This document shows, piece after piece, positions 43,514 through 51,325 of a stretch of 55,962 nt of DNA (position 1 is its first letter; every line of letters begins with the position of its first letter). The notes under the pieces were generated by a model, which saw only the letters and a list, made by a program, of their open reading frames with translations, did not search any database and was not told the DNA's origin. The position numbers and the translations under genes were made by a program. Source of the stretch: a virus; IMG/VR virus record IMGVR_UViG_3300017971_000057; one strand, given 5' to 3'.

Positions 43514-43794
43514 AGTTGCATCTCCATCTGCCTGGGTGGCAGCGCGACATCCTCGTCTAGTTCGTCCCACTCGCACTCCAGGTAGTCGTGTACGGCGCGG
43601 TTGATCCGGGCCAGCGTGATGACGCCCTGAATGAGCACCTTGGGCTTGCCGTCGATGCTGAAACGAATCCAGCCCGGTTCGTCCTCGTGCGGGCAGTTGC
43701 CCCGGTCGGGACAGTGTTCGCAGCGCGTCCAGTAGTCGAGCCGCCGGCCGTCGGGGGTTTCATAGGTGCCTTGGAGGAGGGCGGGGAGGTTCAT
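43510..43794 (-). CDS. Hypothetical Cys/His-rich protein (94 aa)
   Basis: Internal ATG 43794 preferred. The track N-terminus is Arg-rich and overlaps the upstream gene. Confidence 0.45.
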   Translation of the reverse strand: MNLPALLQGTYETPDGRRLDYWTRCEHCPDRGNCPHEDEPGWIRFSIDGKPKVLIQGVITLARINRAVHDYLECEWDELDEDVALPPRQMEMQL

Positions 43795-43852
43795 AGCGCC
43801 ATTTCCATATAGTAGCGGAGCGCGGGTCGCCTGGGTGCATCCGGTGCGACGT

Positions 43853-44089
43853 TCACCGCCCCAACACCTCTCTCGCCTGCTGCATTGCCGCATCCACCGC
43901 GCTCCGGTCCCCGCCCGAGTTCTCGACGGCGTGATACAACCGGGCCAGCGTGCAGAGTGCGATCCAGCGCTCGTGATCCAGGTCGGCGGACTGCGAGGCG
44001 GTGAATATCGCCAGCAGGAAATAGGCCCCGATGCCGCCGATGACGGCCCCGCCTGCTGAGAGCAAAACGATGTATATCCAGTGCATCAC
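43853..44089 (-). CDS. Small membrane protein
   Basis: N-terminal TM WIYIVLLSAGGAVIGGIGAYFLLAIF. Confidence 0.5.
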   Translation of the reverse strand: MMHWIYIVLLSAGGAVIGGIGAYFLLAIFTASQSADLDHERWIALCTLARLYHAVENSGGDRSAVDAAMQQAREVLGR

Positions 44090-44316
44090 GCGACCTTCTC
44101 TTTCAGAATGCCGCTCTCCAAACGCATCGTATCCAGAAACGCCTTGACGCGTTCAAGCACATTCACGGACTGGACGATCAACTCGGCGTCGCCTCTCGCA
44201 TCGGGATCGTCTGGCCCGATAACCGGCACGACGCACACATAGTCGCCGTTTGCATCCTCGATCTGATAGGCACCGCGTACACGGTGCGCGCTCCACGGCC
44301 TTGGCCTTGTCGTCAT
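44086..44316 (-). CDS. Hypothetical protein
   Basis: ORF track; ATGA coupling. Confidence 0.5.
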   Translation of the reverse strand: MTTRPRPWSAHRVRGAYQIEDANGDYVCVVPVIGPDDPDARGDAELIVQSVNVLERVKAFLDTMRLESGILKEKVA

Positions 44317-44340
44317 CTGTCTGTGTCTCCTTCCGGGCGG

Positions 44341-44484
44341 TTAGTGCCCGTTCTTGCGCGGCTTGCGCTTCGGCTTGGTGTCGTCCACATACCACGCTTC
44401 TGGCGATTCCGACCAGCCTTTCCAGCGGCGATAGGTGCGCCAGTTCTTTTTACTCGGCAGCTTGGGGCCAGTCTTGGCGGTCAA
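44341..44484 (-). CDS. Unlisted 47-aa basic ORF (MTAKTGPKLPSKKNWRTYRRWKGWSESPEAWYVDDTKPKRKPRKNGH, TTG start)
   Basis: GGAGG 6 nt upstream. The TTG overlaps the primase TGA (TTGA). Confidence 0.3.
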   Translation of the reverse strand: MTAKTGPKLPSKKNWRTYRRWKGWSESPEAWYVDDTKPKRKPRKNGH

Positions 44485-45422
44485 TGTATCCTCCTTGCCA
44501 GCTTGAGATAGTGCGCCCACTCCCGCGTGGTGCAGCCCTCGACCAGCATATCATCCGGCTTGGCGGGGAATTGCGCCACATAGACCTCTTTGCCTGTCTT
44601 GGCAATCCCGGTACCCAGGCGCTCGGCACTCTCTTGCGCGTCGGGGTCGAGGGCAATGTAGATCGGCTTGCCGGCCGGGAACAGGTCGAGCCAGTCCTTG
44701 TGGAATTTGCCACCCTTGCCCAGGATGCCCACGGCGGGGAATCCGTGCTGCGCGGCGATCATCGCCTTGATACTGCCCTCGACGATGATACCGCACTCGG
44801 CGTCGACCAGGTGATGAGTGAAGGCCAAGCACGATCCGAGCCCGGCAAGTTCAGGTCTATATTTGTCGCCATTTGGCGCATCGGCCAGGCGGTGGCGCAG
44901 GTTCAGCAGGGCGGTCCGCTCTTGGTTCGGCAGCGGGATCGTGTAGGACGGGCGGTGCTCGCGGTCGGTGGGGCAGCGTGGGCAGTAGCCCAGCTTGTAG
45001 TCGTGGATCGTGTAGAGCTCGCAGCCCTTCCCGATCCACCACTCATAGGCGGCGGCGTCCAGGTTGGCATAGTACCGTTCGTGGATGCGCGAGCGGTTCA
45101 GGCGTTCGATAGCAGACAGGCGGCGCTCCAGGTCAGCGCGTTCTTGCTGCGCGTGCGCTTGCTTGGCCTCTAGGCGGCGCAACCGTCGCTCTTCCGGCGT
45201 CCATTCCGTGGCGCTCTCCTCGTCCAGCCACCCCACGCGCCCGCAATGTCCATCCCCGGCGCGGCACATGTAGTATCCCGACAGCCAGAGAACGAACCGA
45301 TCATCCCCACCACACCACGGACAGGGGCTGCACGCCTCGTCTCGCGTCTTGACGCGCCATACTGTACTCGGCCAGCGCTCTTGTGCAAGTTGGATCGCGT
45401 GCTCAATCGTGGGGATGTCCAT
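44481..45422 (-). CDS. DnaG-like primase (zinc finger plus Toprim)
   Basis: CSPCPWCGGDDRF...C..GDGHCG, then Toprim IIVEGSIKAMIAAQ...IYIALDPDAQES. ATG 45422 shares one base with the helicase TGA. Confidence 0.8.
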   Translation of the reverse strand: MDIPTIEHAIQLAQERWPSTVWRVKTRDEACSPCPWCGGDDRFVLWLSGYYMCRAGDGHCGRVGWLDEESATEWTPEERRLRRLEAKQAHAQQERADLERRLSAIERLNRSRIHERYYANLDAAAYEWWIGKGCELYTIHDYKLGYCPRCPTDREHRPSYTIPLPNQERTALLNLRHRLADAPNGDKYRPELAGLGSCLAFTHHLVDAECGIIVEGSIKAMIAAQHGFPAVGILGKGGKFHKDWLDLFPAGKPIYIALDPDAQESAERLGTGIAKTGKEVYVAQFPAKPDDMLVEGCTTREWAHYLKLARRIH

Positions 45423-46399
45423 CACCACGCCTCCAGCGGTTCTTTCTCCACAGACATGCTTCTCATTTCCAGCGTTTCTGGATCGAGCGACAATGCCCAT
45501 GTATAGTGACCCGCTTGGAATCTTTGCTTTAACATTCTCAAAACCAGCAGCTTGTCGGTGACGGGATAAGGCTTGTCCCCAATCACGCCGGCGGGGAGCG
45601 GTTCAGCGCCCGGGCCATAGGTGTTGTAGGGCCTCCACAGCGCCAGCACGAGGTCGGCGGTCTGCTCGATGCTCGATCCCCACTGGCAATCAGCCATCGC
45701 GGGGATCGGCCACTTGTACTCGTCTACCTGCCGCCCGGCTTGCGCGGCCAGCACCACCGGGCAGCCGATGGCCATCGCCAGTTCCTTGACGCGGATCGGA
45801 ATCTCGGTGACGGCCTGCACCCGGTCGCGTGCGTGTTCGATGGGCACGATCTGGAGGCAGTCAAAGCAGAGCAGCGTGATCTCGCGGTGGTATTCCTCCT
45901 GGATCACCCGGATCGTGCGCCAAACGCTCTCAGGCGTCAGGCGGGGCGCTCTTGGGTCAGCCCGGCTCAATCCGTGGCCTACGATCCACAATCCCCGACT
46001 GACCATCGGGTAGGATGCTTGGCGGATGGCCAGCGCATCGGCGCGTCCCCGCACGAGGTCGCCCAGCGGGATGTCTGTCTGTAGAATGGCGCTCAATTCC
46101 TCGCTGGTTTGCTCGTAGGACACGTACACCACGGCTTGCTCGTCCCACGCGCCCCTCGCCACGATCCGGTCGCTCTCCTGTCGGGCCAGGGCCAGCAGCA
46201 TCGAGGTTTTGCACATCCCCGGCCTACCCAATAAGATCGTCTCGGTGCCCTTGCGGAGCGGCAAGACAGAGCGATCCACCTCGTCTACGCCAAACGGGAT
46301 GCCTGGTGAGTCCTTGATGCTCTGTGCCCAGCGCAGGAACTCGCCCGCCTGGTCATCAGGCTTGTGCAAAAAGTGGTTGTAGTCAAATGACTTATCCAC
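45422..46399 (-). CDS. DnaB-like replicative helicase (RecA-type domain)
   Basis: Walker A LLGRPGMCKTSML, Walker B-like LLCFDCLQ, QAGRQVD. Confidence 0.8.
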   Translation of the reverse strand: MDKSFDYNHFLHKPDDQAGEFLRWAQSIKDSPGIPFGVDEVDRSVLPLRKGTETILLGRPGMCKTSMLLALARQESDRIVARGAWDEQAVVYVSYEQTSEELSAILQTDIPLGDLVRGRADALAIRQASYPMVSRGLWIVGHGLSRADPRAPRLTPESVWRTIRVIQEEYHREITLLCFDCLQIVPIEHARDRVQAVTEIPIRVKELAMAIGCPVVLAAQAGRQVDEYKWPIPAMADCQWGSSIEQTADLVLALWRPYNTYGPGAEPLPAGVIGDKPYPVTDKLLVLRMLKQRFQAGHYTWALSLDPETLEMRSMSVEKEPLEAW

Positions 46400-47333
46400 T
46401 GGGCATCACCCTATAACCGCTCGGGGCGGTGCGCGGCGTCGATGGACTACCATTACCCTTTTCTGGCAACGCCTGCCCCCACAACACCGCCAGCAGCGCG
46501 TCAGCAAATCCCCGGTGCGTAGGCCGGTTGGCCGACCGCAGCCATTCATAGGCCGGGTAGGTAGAGATCGAGCGGATCGCTCTGCACACCTCCCCTGGGC
46601 CTTTGCCCGTCTCGCTGTCCTCGACGATCTCGCGGATGTCATTGGCCCACATTCGGCGCCTGCTGTCCGGTACATTCTCAAACGGTGTAATGATCAGCGC
46701 GCTGAACTCCTGCGCGGTGGACAACCACGGATCGATAGAGGCGTCGGCAACAGCAGCACGACCATTCCCGTTGCGTGCGTTGGCCTCCAGGGCTTTGCGC
46801 GTGGCGGCTTTACACTCCTCGACGGTGTGACGTTGCCGTGGTGCTGTGGACGTTTCCCCTTCCAGGTAAAAAGGCTCCTCGGAAGGAGGGGGAGAATCCG
46901 CCGCAGGCGGTTCTTTCTGGTGGTTAACTGACGGTTTATGATGGTTCGGCTGACATAACTGTGTCAGTGGTTCCGGCGTAGCTGTGTCAGTGGGCACTGT
47001 CGGGGGTGTCAGGGGTGACAAGTTGTCAGGGGTATCAAAACGGCGTTGTTTGAGGGTTTCAATCACGTCTTGGTCAGACATTCCGACGCGCACCACATAC
47101 CAATTGTGCTGTCCGTTCTGGCGGATGACGTGCAGGTCGCCGTCCTCCTCTAATGTCTTGAGTAGGCGGGTGACACTGCGCTCGGACATTCTGATTTTGT
47201 GCGCCAACCGTTCCACGCCGGGCCAGCAAAACCCATCATCGGCGGCGTGGTCTGCCAGGGCCAGGAGCAAGAGCAGGGCGCTCCCGCTTTGCTGTGACGT
47301 GTCCCATACTTTGGTCATAACTCGGATGCTCAT
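46392..47333 (-). CDS. Winged-helix replication initiator / helicase-loader-like protein
   Basis: VMTKVWDT...SALLLLLALADHAADDGFCWPGVERLAHKIRMSERSVTRLLKTLEEDG. Start 47333 inferred from the reconstructed pre-IS gene junction (ATGA). Confidence 0.6.
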   Translation of the reverse strand: MSIRVMTKVWDTSQQSGSALLLLLALADHAADDGFCWPGVERLAHKIRMSERSVTRLLKTLEEDGDLHVIRQNGQHNWYVVRVGMSDQDVIETLKQRRFDTPDNLSPLTPPTVPTDTATPEPLTQLCQPNHHKPSVNHQKEPPAADSPPPSEEPFYLEGETSTAPRQRHTVEECKAATRKALEANARNGNGRAAVADASIDPWLSTAQEFSALIITPFENVPDSRRRMWANDIREIVEDSETGKGPGEVCRAIRSISTYPAYEWLRSANRPTHRGFADALLAVLWGQALPEKGNGSPSTPRTAPSGYRVMPSG

Positions 47334-47403
47334 TGTGGGTGCTCCTCTACGCATTTCTCAATGATGATCCCCCACACGTACTTGATCTCGTCTTGCACAT
47401 CGG

Positions 47404-47411
47404 CGTCAATC
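47404..47411. repeat. Target-site duplication CGTCAATC (left)
   Basis: Identical 8-mer directly flanks both IS ends. Confidence 0.85.
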
Positions 47412-48682
47412 GGTAGTGTGTCAAGTTCTGTGTAAAAGGGGTCCAGGCTAGGCAGCGGTCTTGGGCATCGATATCCTTCGGAACTTCATACTTCGTACGA
47501 TAGCATAGAACATTAACAAGCAACTGTTTTCGTTTCGGAAGGCCGTCGCCATCTTTTTGGTGCGTCGCTTGACCTCATTGTACAGCCGCTCGATGACGTT
47601 GGTCGTGCGGATCGTCTTCCAGTGCGCCTTGGGAAAGGCGTAGAAGGTCAGGCAAGCCTCCAAATCGCGTTTCAGGCAGGCCACGGCCGACGGGTAGATC
47701 GGTTCGAACTTCTCACAGAAGGCAGCTACCTCTTGGTCGGCCGCTTCACGATTCTTCTGGTAGAAGATCGCCCGCAGCTCCGCTCGCACGGGCTCGCGCT
47801 GCTTGTTGGGTACGTAGCCCAGCACATTATCCATCTTGTGCTTGACACACCGCTGTCGCGGGCTGTCCGGGAACTTGAGCTCCAGGGCATTGATCATGGC
47901 TTGGTTGCCATCGGTGATCCATAATCCGACCGTTTTGACCCCGCGGGTCTTGAGATCCTCCAAGAGATTCTCCCAGGCCGTTTGGTTCTCCCGATCGCCA
48001 ATGGTGAAGCCTAACACCTCTCGTTGGCCGGTGACGTTGATGCCGATCACGGCCAGGATGGGCATCTTGTGACCTTCACCATCGTAGATTACCGTAAAGT
48101 AGGTCCCATCGGCAAAGGCGTATTCGTAGTGCTCTTCGAGTGGTCGCGTCTTCCAGGCCTCATACTCTCCTTCCAGGGTGTGGAACACCCGAGACACGGT
48201 GGACGGGCTGGGCTTGGAGCCTGTCAAGGATTCGACCACCTCGCCGGCCTTGCGGGTGCTGACGCCGCCAACGAACATATCACCGATGGCGTTGTCCAAC
48301 TCGGCCCGGCGGCGCTTGTACTTCTCAAAGACCTGGGTCTGATGTCCATTGCGCGTACGCGGCACCGACAGGTCTTCGAGCAGACCGACTGTCGTATCTA
48401 GATCGCGTGTGTAATATCCATTTCGATAATCGCGCCGCTCAGGTGTGCGCTCGTAGGGCAAGGCCCCGACCAGGCCGCTGACCTCTTCCTCCAGGATCGT
48501 GACCAGCGTCAACCGCACGGCCATACGGATCTGTTCCTGGAGCAAGGACTGGAAATCGTTTTGACTCAACGCTTCAACTGTAGTATTCTTCTGTCTGGGA
48601 GCCATGGTGTCCTCCTTGGTTAGTTTTGCCGCTACCAAGGATACCTGGTTCCCACTTTTTACACAAAAATCAGTATACTACC
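47412..48682 (-). mobile_element. IS256-family insertion sequence (1271 bp) with ~37-bp imperfect terminal inverted repeats
   Basis: Ends GGTAGTGTGTCAAGTTCTGTGTAAAAGGGGTCCAGG and (reverse complement) GGTAGTATACTGATTTTTGTGTAAAAAGTGGGAACCAGG, a single Mutator-type transposase gene, and an 8-bp TSD. Confidence 0.9.
47448..48605 (-). CDS. IS256-family (Mutator-type) transposase
   Basis: Family-typical blocks [62 protein letters not shown] 6 nt upstream of ATG 48605. Confidence 0.9.
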   Translation of the reverse strand: MAPRQKNTTVEALSQNDFQSLLQEQIRMAVRLTLVTILEEEVSGLVGALPYERTPERRDYRNGYYTRDLDTTVGLLEDLSVPRTRNGHQTQVFEKYKRRRAELDNAIGDMFVGGVSTRKAGEVVESLTGSKPSPSTVSRVFHTLEGEYEAWKTRPLEEHYEYAFADGTYFTVIYDGEGHKMPILAVIGINVTGQREVLGFTIGDRENQTAWENLLEDLKTRGVKTVGLWITDGNQAMINALELKFPDSPRQRCVKHKMDNVLGYVPNKQREPVRAELRAIFYQKNREAADQEVAAFCEKFEPIYPSAVACLKRDLEACLTFYAFPKAHWKTIRTTNVIERLYNEVKRRTKKMATAFRNENSCLLMFYAIVRSMKFRRISMPKTAA

Positions 48683-49076
48683 CGTCAATCGCGCGCCAGG
48701 CGTGCTTGATTCCGCGTCGGTCGGTGATGTCCTGGACAATGGCCTCGACGGCCAGGGCGACGGGGCCGGATAGCACATCCTCGAGTGGCTCGCCGTACTT
48801 CTCGGCGTGTTTGATGGCCATTTCTGCCAGCTCGCCACAGGGGCGGCTACTGGTGCTGTACTCTGCTCGTGTCTCGGTCATTGCGGGTGCTCCTAAGGGC
48901 ATCTCGTCAAATGTCCACTGAATCACAACGCGCTCCTCGCAGTGCGGGCATATCCATTCTATGCTCTCTCCCAGGCGCAGTGCGATGCGTATATCCCCGA
49001 TGTTACAAAGCGGGCATTTGACATCATAATCATAGGTAACGGGGGCTCTCTCGGGGTCTACGCCGTAAACGCGCAT
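48678..49076 (-). pseudogene. Early gene (CxxC...CxxC protein) truncated at its 3' end by the IS insertion
   Basis: The ORF reads ...AWRAID, then G and a stop inside the IS end. Removing the IS and one TSD copy restores 24 more codons (ADVQDEIKYVWGIIIEKCVEEHPQ), ending in TGA overlapping ATG 47333. Confidence 0.6.
48683..48690. repeat. Target-site duplication CGTCAATC (right)
   Basis: See the left copy. Confidence 0.85.
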
Positions 49077-49105
49077 ATGGGTGCTCCTGTTTTGTGGCTG
49101 CTTGG

Positions 49106-49336
49106 CTAGACGGTCGATGATTGCCCGCCTTGGCGAACGGATGGCGGGCGATAGGCCCCTAGTCGCGCCAGGATGTGCTCGCTGACGTCATAATACCAGC
49201 GCACCTTGTAGTTATTAATGGGTGCCTTTCGGCAGACGCGAACGCTGCTATTGCTGGGGTAAACTAGGATAGACACGATTCTACGACGTCCGTGCGGTGC
49301 ATCAATCGTGTGTGTTGCTGCTGTTGTCGTGTTCAT
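49106..49336 (-). CDS. Hypothetical protein (76 aa)
   Basis: GAAGGAG upstream of ATG 49336. The track N-terminal extension overlaps the terminator hairpin. Confidence 0.5.
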   Translation of the reverse strand: MNTTTAATHTIDAPHGRRRIVSILVYPSNSSVRVCRKAPINNYKVRWYYDVSEHILARLGAYRPPSVRQGGQSSTV

Positions 49337-49356
49337 GTATTCTCCTTCTGAAAATG

Positions 49357-49445
49357 AAAAACGCCCGCTTGTGGGTATCCTGTGGCCTGAAGCGGTTCCC
49401 TCACACACTAAGGGTAGGCGACAGGACACCCACAAAAGGGCGTTT
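49357..49445 (-). terminator. Long (~24 bp paired) hairpin ending GGGCGUUUUU: intrinsic terminator/attenuator 10 nt upstream of the next RBS
   Basis: On the minus strand, AAACGCCCUUUUGUGGGUGUCCUGU pairs with ACAGGAUACCCACAAGCGGGCGUUU, followed by a U5 run. Confidence 0.6.
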
Positions 49446-49502
49446 GCCTCGTGTGTGACTTGCCCCCGCTACAGGGCTGCGTTTCTTTTACTCACGCGCC
49501 TT

Positions 49503-49531
49503 CATTGTACCAGATCTGGGCGGCTGTGTCA
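49503..49531 (-). promoter_or_regulatory. Near-consensus promoter on the minus strand: TTGACA (49531-49526), 17 nt, TGgTACAAT (-10 at 49508-49503)
   Basis: Hexamers read directly from the reverse complement. Confidence 0.65.
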
Positions 49532-49594
49532 AGCCCCTCTTGCGATCTCCCGCACACGAAATGCACACCACCTCGCCCTCGGGCGGTTCGAACC

Positions 49595-49762
49595 CTACGC
49601 CGCCACCCGAGACGGTGCAGCCGTATTTGGAGCAGGTGCCGCGATCTGTTCTGCGCGTGCGATCCGATCGGCAGCCCCGGCGAGGAGGTACTGTACGCCA
49701 TTGGCGTGTGCGTCGTAGATGGTGCGGGTGTCGGCCACGCCGCTGGCAGTGTAGTAGGTCAT
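49595..49762 (-). CDS. Unlisted 55-aa ORF (MTYYTASGVADTRTIYDAHANGVQYLLAGAADRIARAEQIAAPAPNTAAPSRVAA)
   Basis: Its ATG overlaps the lipoprotein gene TGA (ATGA). The listed 93-aa ORF in another frame is Arg-rich and implausible. Confidence 0.35.
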   Translation of the reverse strand: MTYYTASGVADTRTIYDAHANGVQYLLAGAADRIARAEQIAAPAPNTAAPSRVAA

Positions 49763-49986
49763 TCCTCAATCCGTTCGCACCACAGGCCGCTCAGGAAGCT
49801 GCCATAGCTAATCAGGCAGTACAGCCCATCGTGCTCAAATTCGTACACTGGATAAGTAGATCCTTGCAGCTTGATATTAAACGCCGTGCGCAGTTCGATG
49901 GTCTCGCCTTCCAGCGTAATGACTCGTGGCGTGCAAGCGAGTAATACGAGCGAGAGGGCAAGCAGGATAACCGTGATTCGTTTCAT
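49759..49986 (-). CDS. Small lipoprotein (75 aa)
   Basis: MKRITVILLALSLVLLAC lipobox signal; AGGA upstream of ATG 49986. Confidence 0.6.
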   Translation of the reverse strand: MKRITVILLALSLVLLACTPRVITLEGETIELRTAFNIKLQGSTYPVYEFEHDGLYCLISYGSFLSGLWCERIEE

Positions 49987-50009
49987 TGTCTGTTCCTTTC
50001 TATCAACCT

Positions 50010-50228
50010 TTATCTGCGCCTGAATGCCTCTCTGAGCAGGTTCAACAGCCAGGGCACGAACGGGGCCTCTGGCGGCTCTGGCTCGACCTGCGTCCAGCCA
50101 CGCTCGGCGGCCAGGTCGGCTAACGGGATGGTCTGCCCGATGCGCTTTTCGTCGGCGCTGGCCAGGACGTGCGCCGCGCCGTCCTCGACGCGCACGATGG
50201 TGGTTTCGGATAGTCGTACGAGGTTCAT
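50010..50228 (-). CDS. Hypothetical protein
   Basis: ORF track; AAGGAGG upstream. Confidence 0.5.
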   Translation of the reverse strand: MNLVRLSETTIVRVEDGAAHVLASADEKRIGQTIPLADLAAERGWTQVEPEPPEAPFVPWLLNLLREAFRRR

Positions 50229-50578
50229 TGGTCCTCCTTGTGTCTGTCGGTTGAATCATCACCGCCGTTGAGTTGCCAGCCCGTTGCGGCGAGATCGGCG
50301 CGCCTCATTTTTGTCGAGTGCCGCCTGGGCACCCACCCAGAACTACTATATCCGCGCCTTTGTGTGCGCCTTTCGGCTGTGGCTGGGGCCTCCTGTCGTC
50401 CATTCACTTGTAAGACTGTCTGGCGATCGGCTTTTTCGGTCTCCCGCTTGCCTGCGCTGTATCCGGCGCAGTAGTCGCGCATCCGCTCGATGGTGTCCTG
50501 GCCGTAGTCCGGCCCGGCACCGAGAAGGGCATCCGCATAGCCGCGTGCGTACTCGTCGCTGTACTGTCGGTCGCTCAC
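50225..50578 (-). CDS. Hypothetical protein (the C-terminal half is low-complexity and the extent is uncertain)
   Basis: ORF track. Confidence 0.35.
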   Translation of the reverse strand: MSDRQYSDEYARGYADALLGAGPDYGQDTIERMRDYCAGYSAGKRETEKADRQTVLQVNGRQEAPATAERRTQRRGYSSSGWVPRRHSTKMRRADLAATGWQLNGGDDSTDRHKEDQ

Positions 50579-50790
50579 GGGCGGCCTCCATAGCGGGCAT
50601 CCTCGACGGTGGCTCGCTCGCCCTGGGCGCCGTCTAGGGCCTGCTCGGCACGCACCAGCCAGCGGGGGCGGTACAGGTCGCGCAGGTGGGCCGTGGTGCT
50701 GTCGTCCAGATAGGCGATCCGCCCCTCGGTGCGCACCACGCGCACGAGTGTTTTGGATGTGGTCTCATAGTAAGCGACGTTTGCGTCCAT
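50575..50790 (-). CDS. Hypothetical protein (71 aa)
   Basis: ORF track; AAGGAG upstream. Confidence 0.5.
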   Translation of the reverse strand: MDANVAYYETTSKTLVRVVRTEGRIAYLDDSTTAHLRDLYRPRWLVRAEQALDGAQGERATVEDARYGGRP

Positions 50791-50823
50791 CAGTCCATTC
50801 TCCTTGTGTCTATTAGTTTCAGC

Positions 50824-50915
50824 CCCCTTGGGTGCCCGCGAGATACCGGGTTACTCGCGCTACTCCATTTGGTGTCCCGGTCGGATAGCACCCAAGGGGC
50901 CTGAAAAGTCAGGCC
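50824..50915 (-). promoter_or_regulatory. Structured RNA element (12-bp closing stem, internal hairpin, loop-to-strand pseudoknot) in the 5' UTR of gene 50575-50790
   Basis: CCCCTTGGGTGC 50824-50835 pairs with GCACCCAAGGGG 50888-50899. CGCGAG 50837-42 pairs with CTCGCG 50854-59. Loop ACCGGG 50845-50 pairs with CCCGGT 50876-81. An adjacent hairpin GGCCTGA/TCAGGCC lies at 50898-50915. Confidence 0.35.
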
Positions 50916-50958
50916 TTGACGGGATATTGTAGGCCGTCCCGTGGCGGCGCGGAAGAGG

Positions 50959-51237
50959 CTAACCCAAATCTACCTCGCGCACGCGGAACGTGCGCGTGCA
51001 TGCTCCCGCCTCGTCCATCTCTTCCGGGGAGAGATCTTTCCCTCGCTGTTCTGGCCGGAGAAAGGGGAGATCGATAGTGGTTACGCTGGCGGCACAGGAG
51101 GCCAGCGCCAATGGTAGGTGGCCGATAACGTCCTCCCCGCGAATATCGTCTACGGTCGCGTGAACAATCACGCGGCCCTCGATGCCGCGCTGCTTGAGCC
51201 ATTCGATGGCTCCGGCGTGTCTTGAGATAATCAACAT
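50959..51237 (-). CDS. csx16: Csx16-like (Cas_VVA1548 family) small protein
   Basis: 92 aa. MLIISRHAGAIEWLKQRGI...IRGEDVIGHLPLALA...LPFLRPEQRGKDLSPEEMDEAGA...FRV matches the remembered family pattern (RHxGAxEW, GDxVIGxLP, RGxxLSxEE). Confidence 0.6.
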   Translation of the reverse strand: MLIISRHAGAIEWLKQRGIEGRVIVHATVDDIRGEDVIGHLPLALASCAASVTTIDLPFLRPEQRGKDLSPEEMDEAGACTRTFRVREVDLG

Positions 51238-51280
51238 CTTTGTCTCTTTCTGCCCTTCCGGGCTACTATCTTCGAATAAG

Positions 51281-51325
51281 CGCCGGGCTATTCTACAGCC
51301 CGCCCGGCTGGGCGGTGGGGGCTAG
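51281..51325. repeat. Direct repeat copy B (29 bp exact, ~45 bp imperfect), starting at the stop codon of the pentapeptide gene
   Basis: cgccgggctattctacagcccgcccggct is identical at 51281-51309 and 52191-52219. It contains the hairpin GCCGGGC/GCCCGGC. Confidence 0.9.

Noticed and set aside
49581-49605. GGTTCGAACC, which looks like a tRNA T-loop
   Set aside because: It is a 10-bp palindrome inside a small coding region. The flanking bases do not form a T-stem or an acceptor stem on either strand.
50898-50915. Hairpin GGCCUGAAAAGUCAGGCC, which resembles a lambda boxB (GAAAA loop) nut site
   Set aside because: The resemblance holds only on the plus strand, whereas this region is transcribed leftward. 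The stem and loop geometry also differs (7-bp stem, 4-nt loop), and no boxA-like element is nearby.
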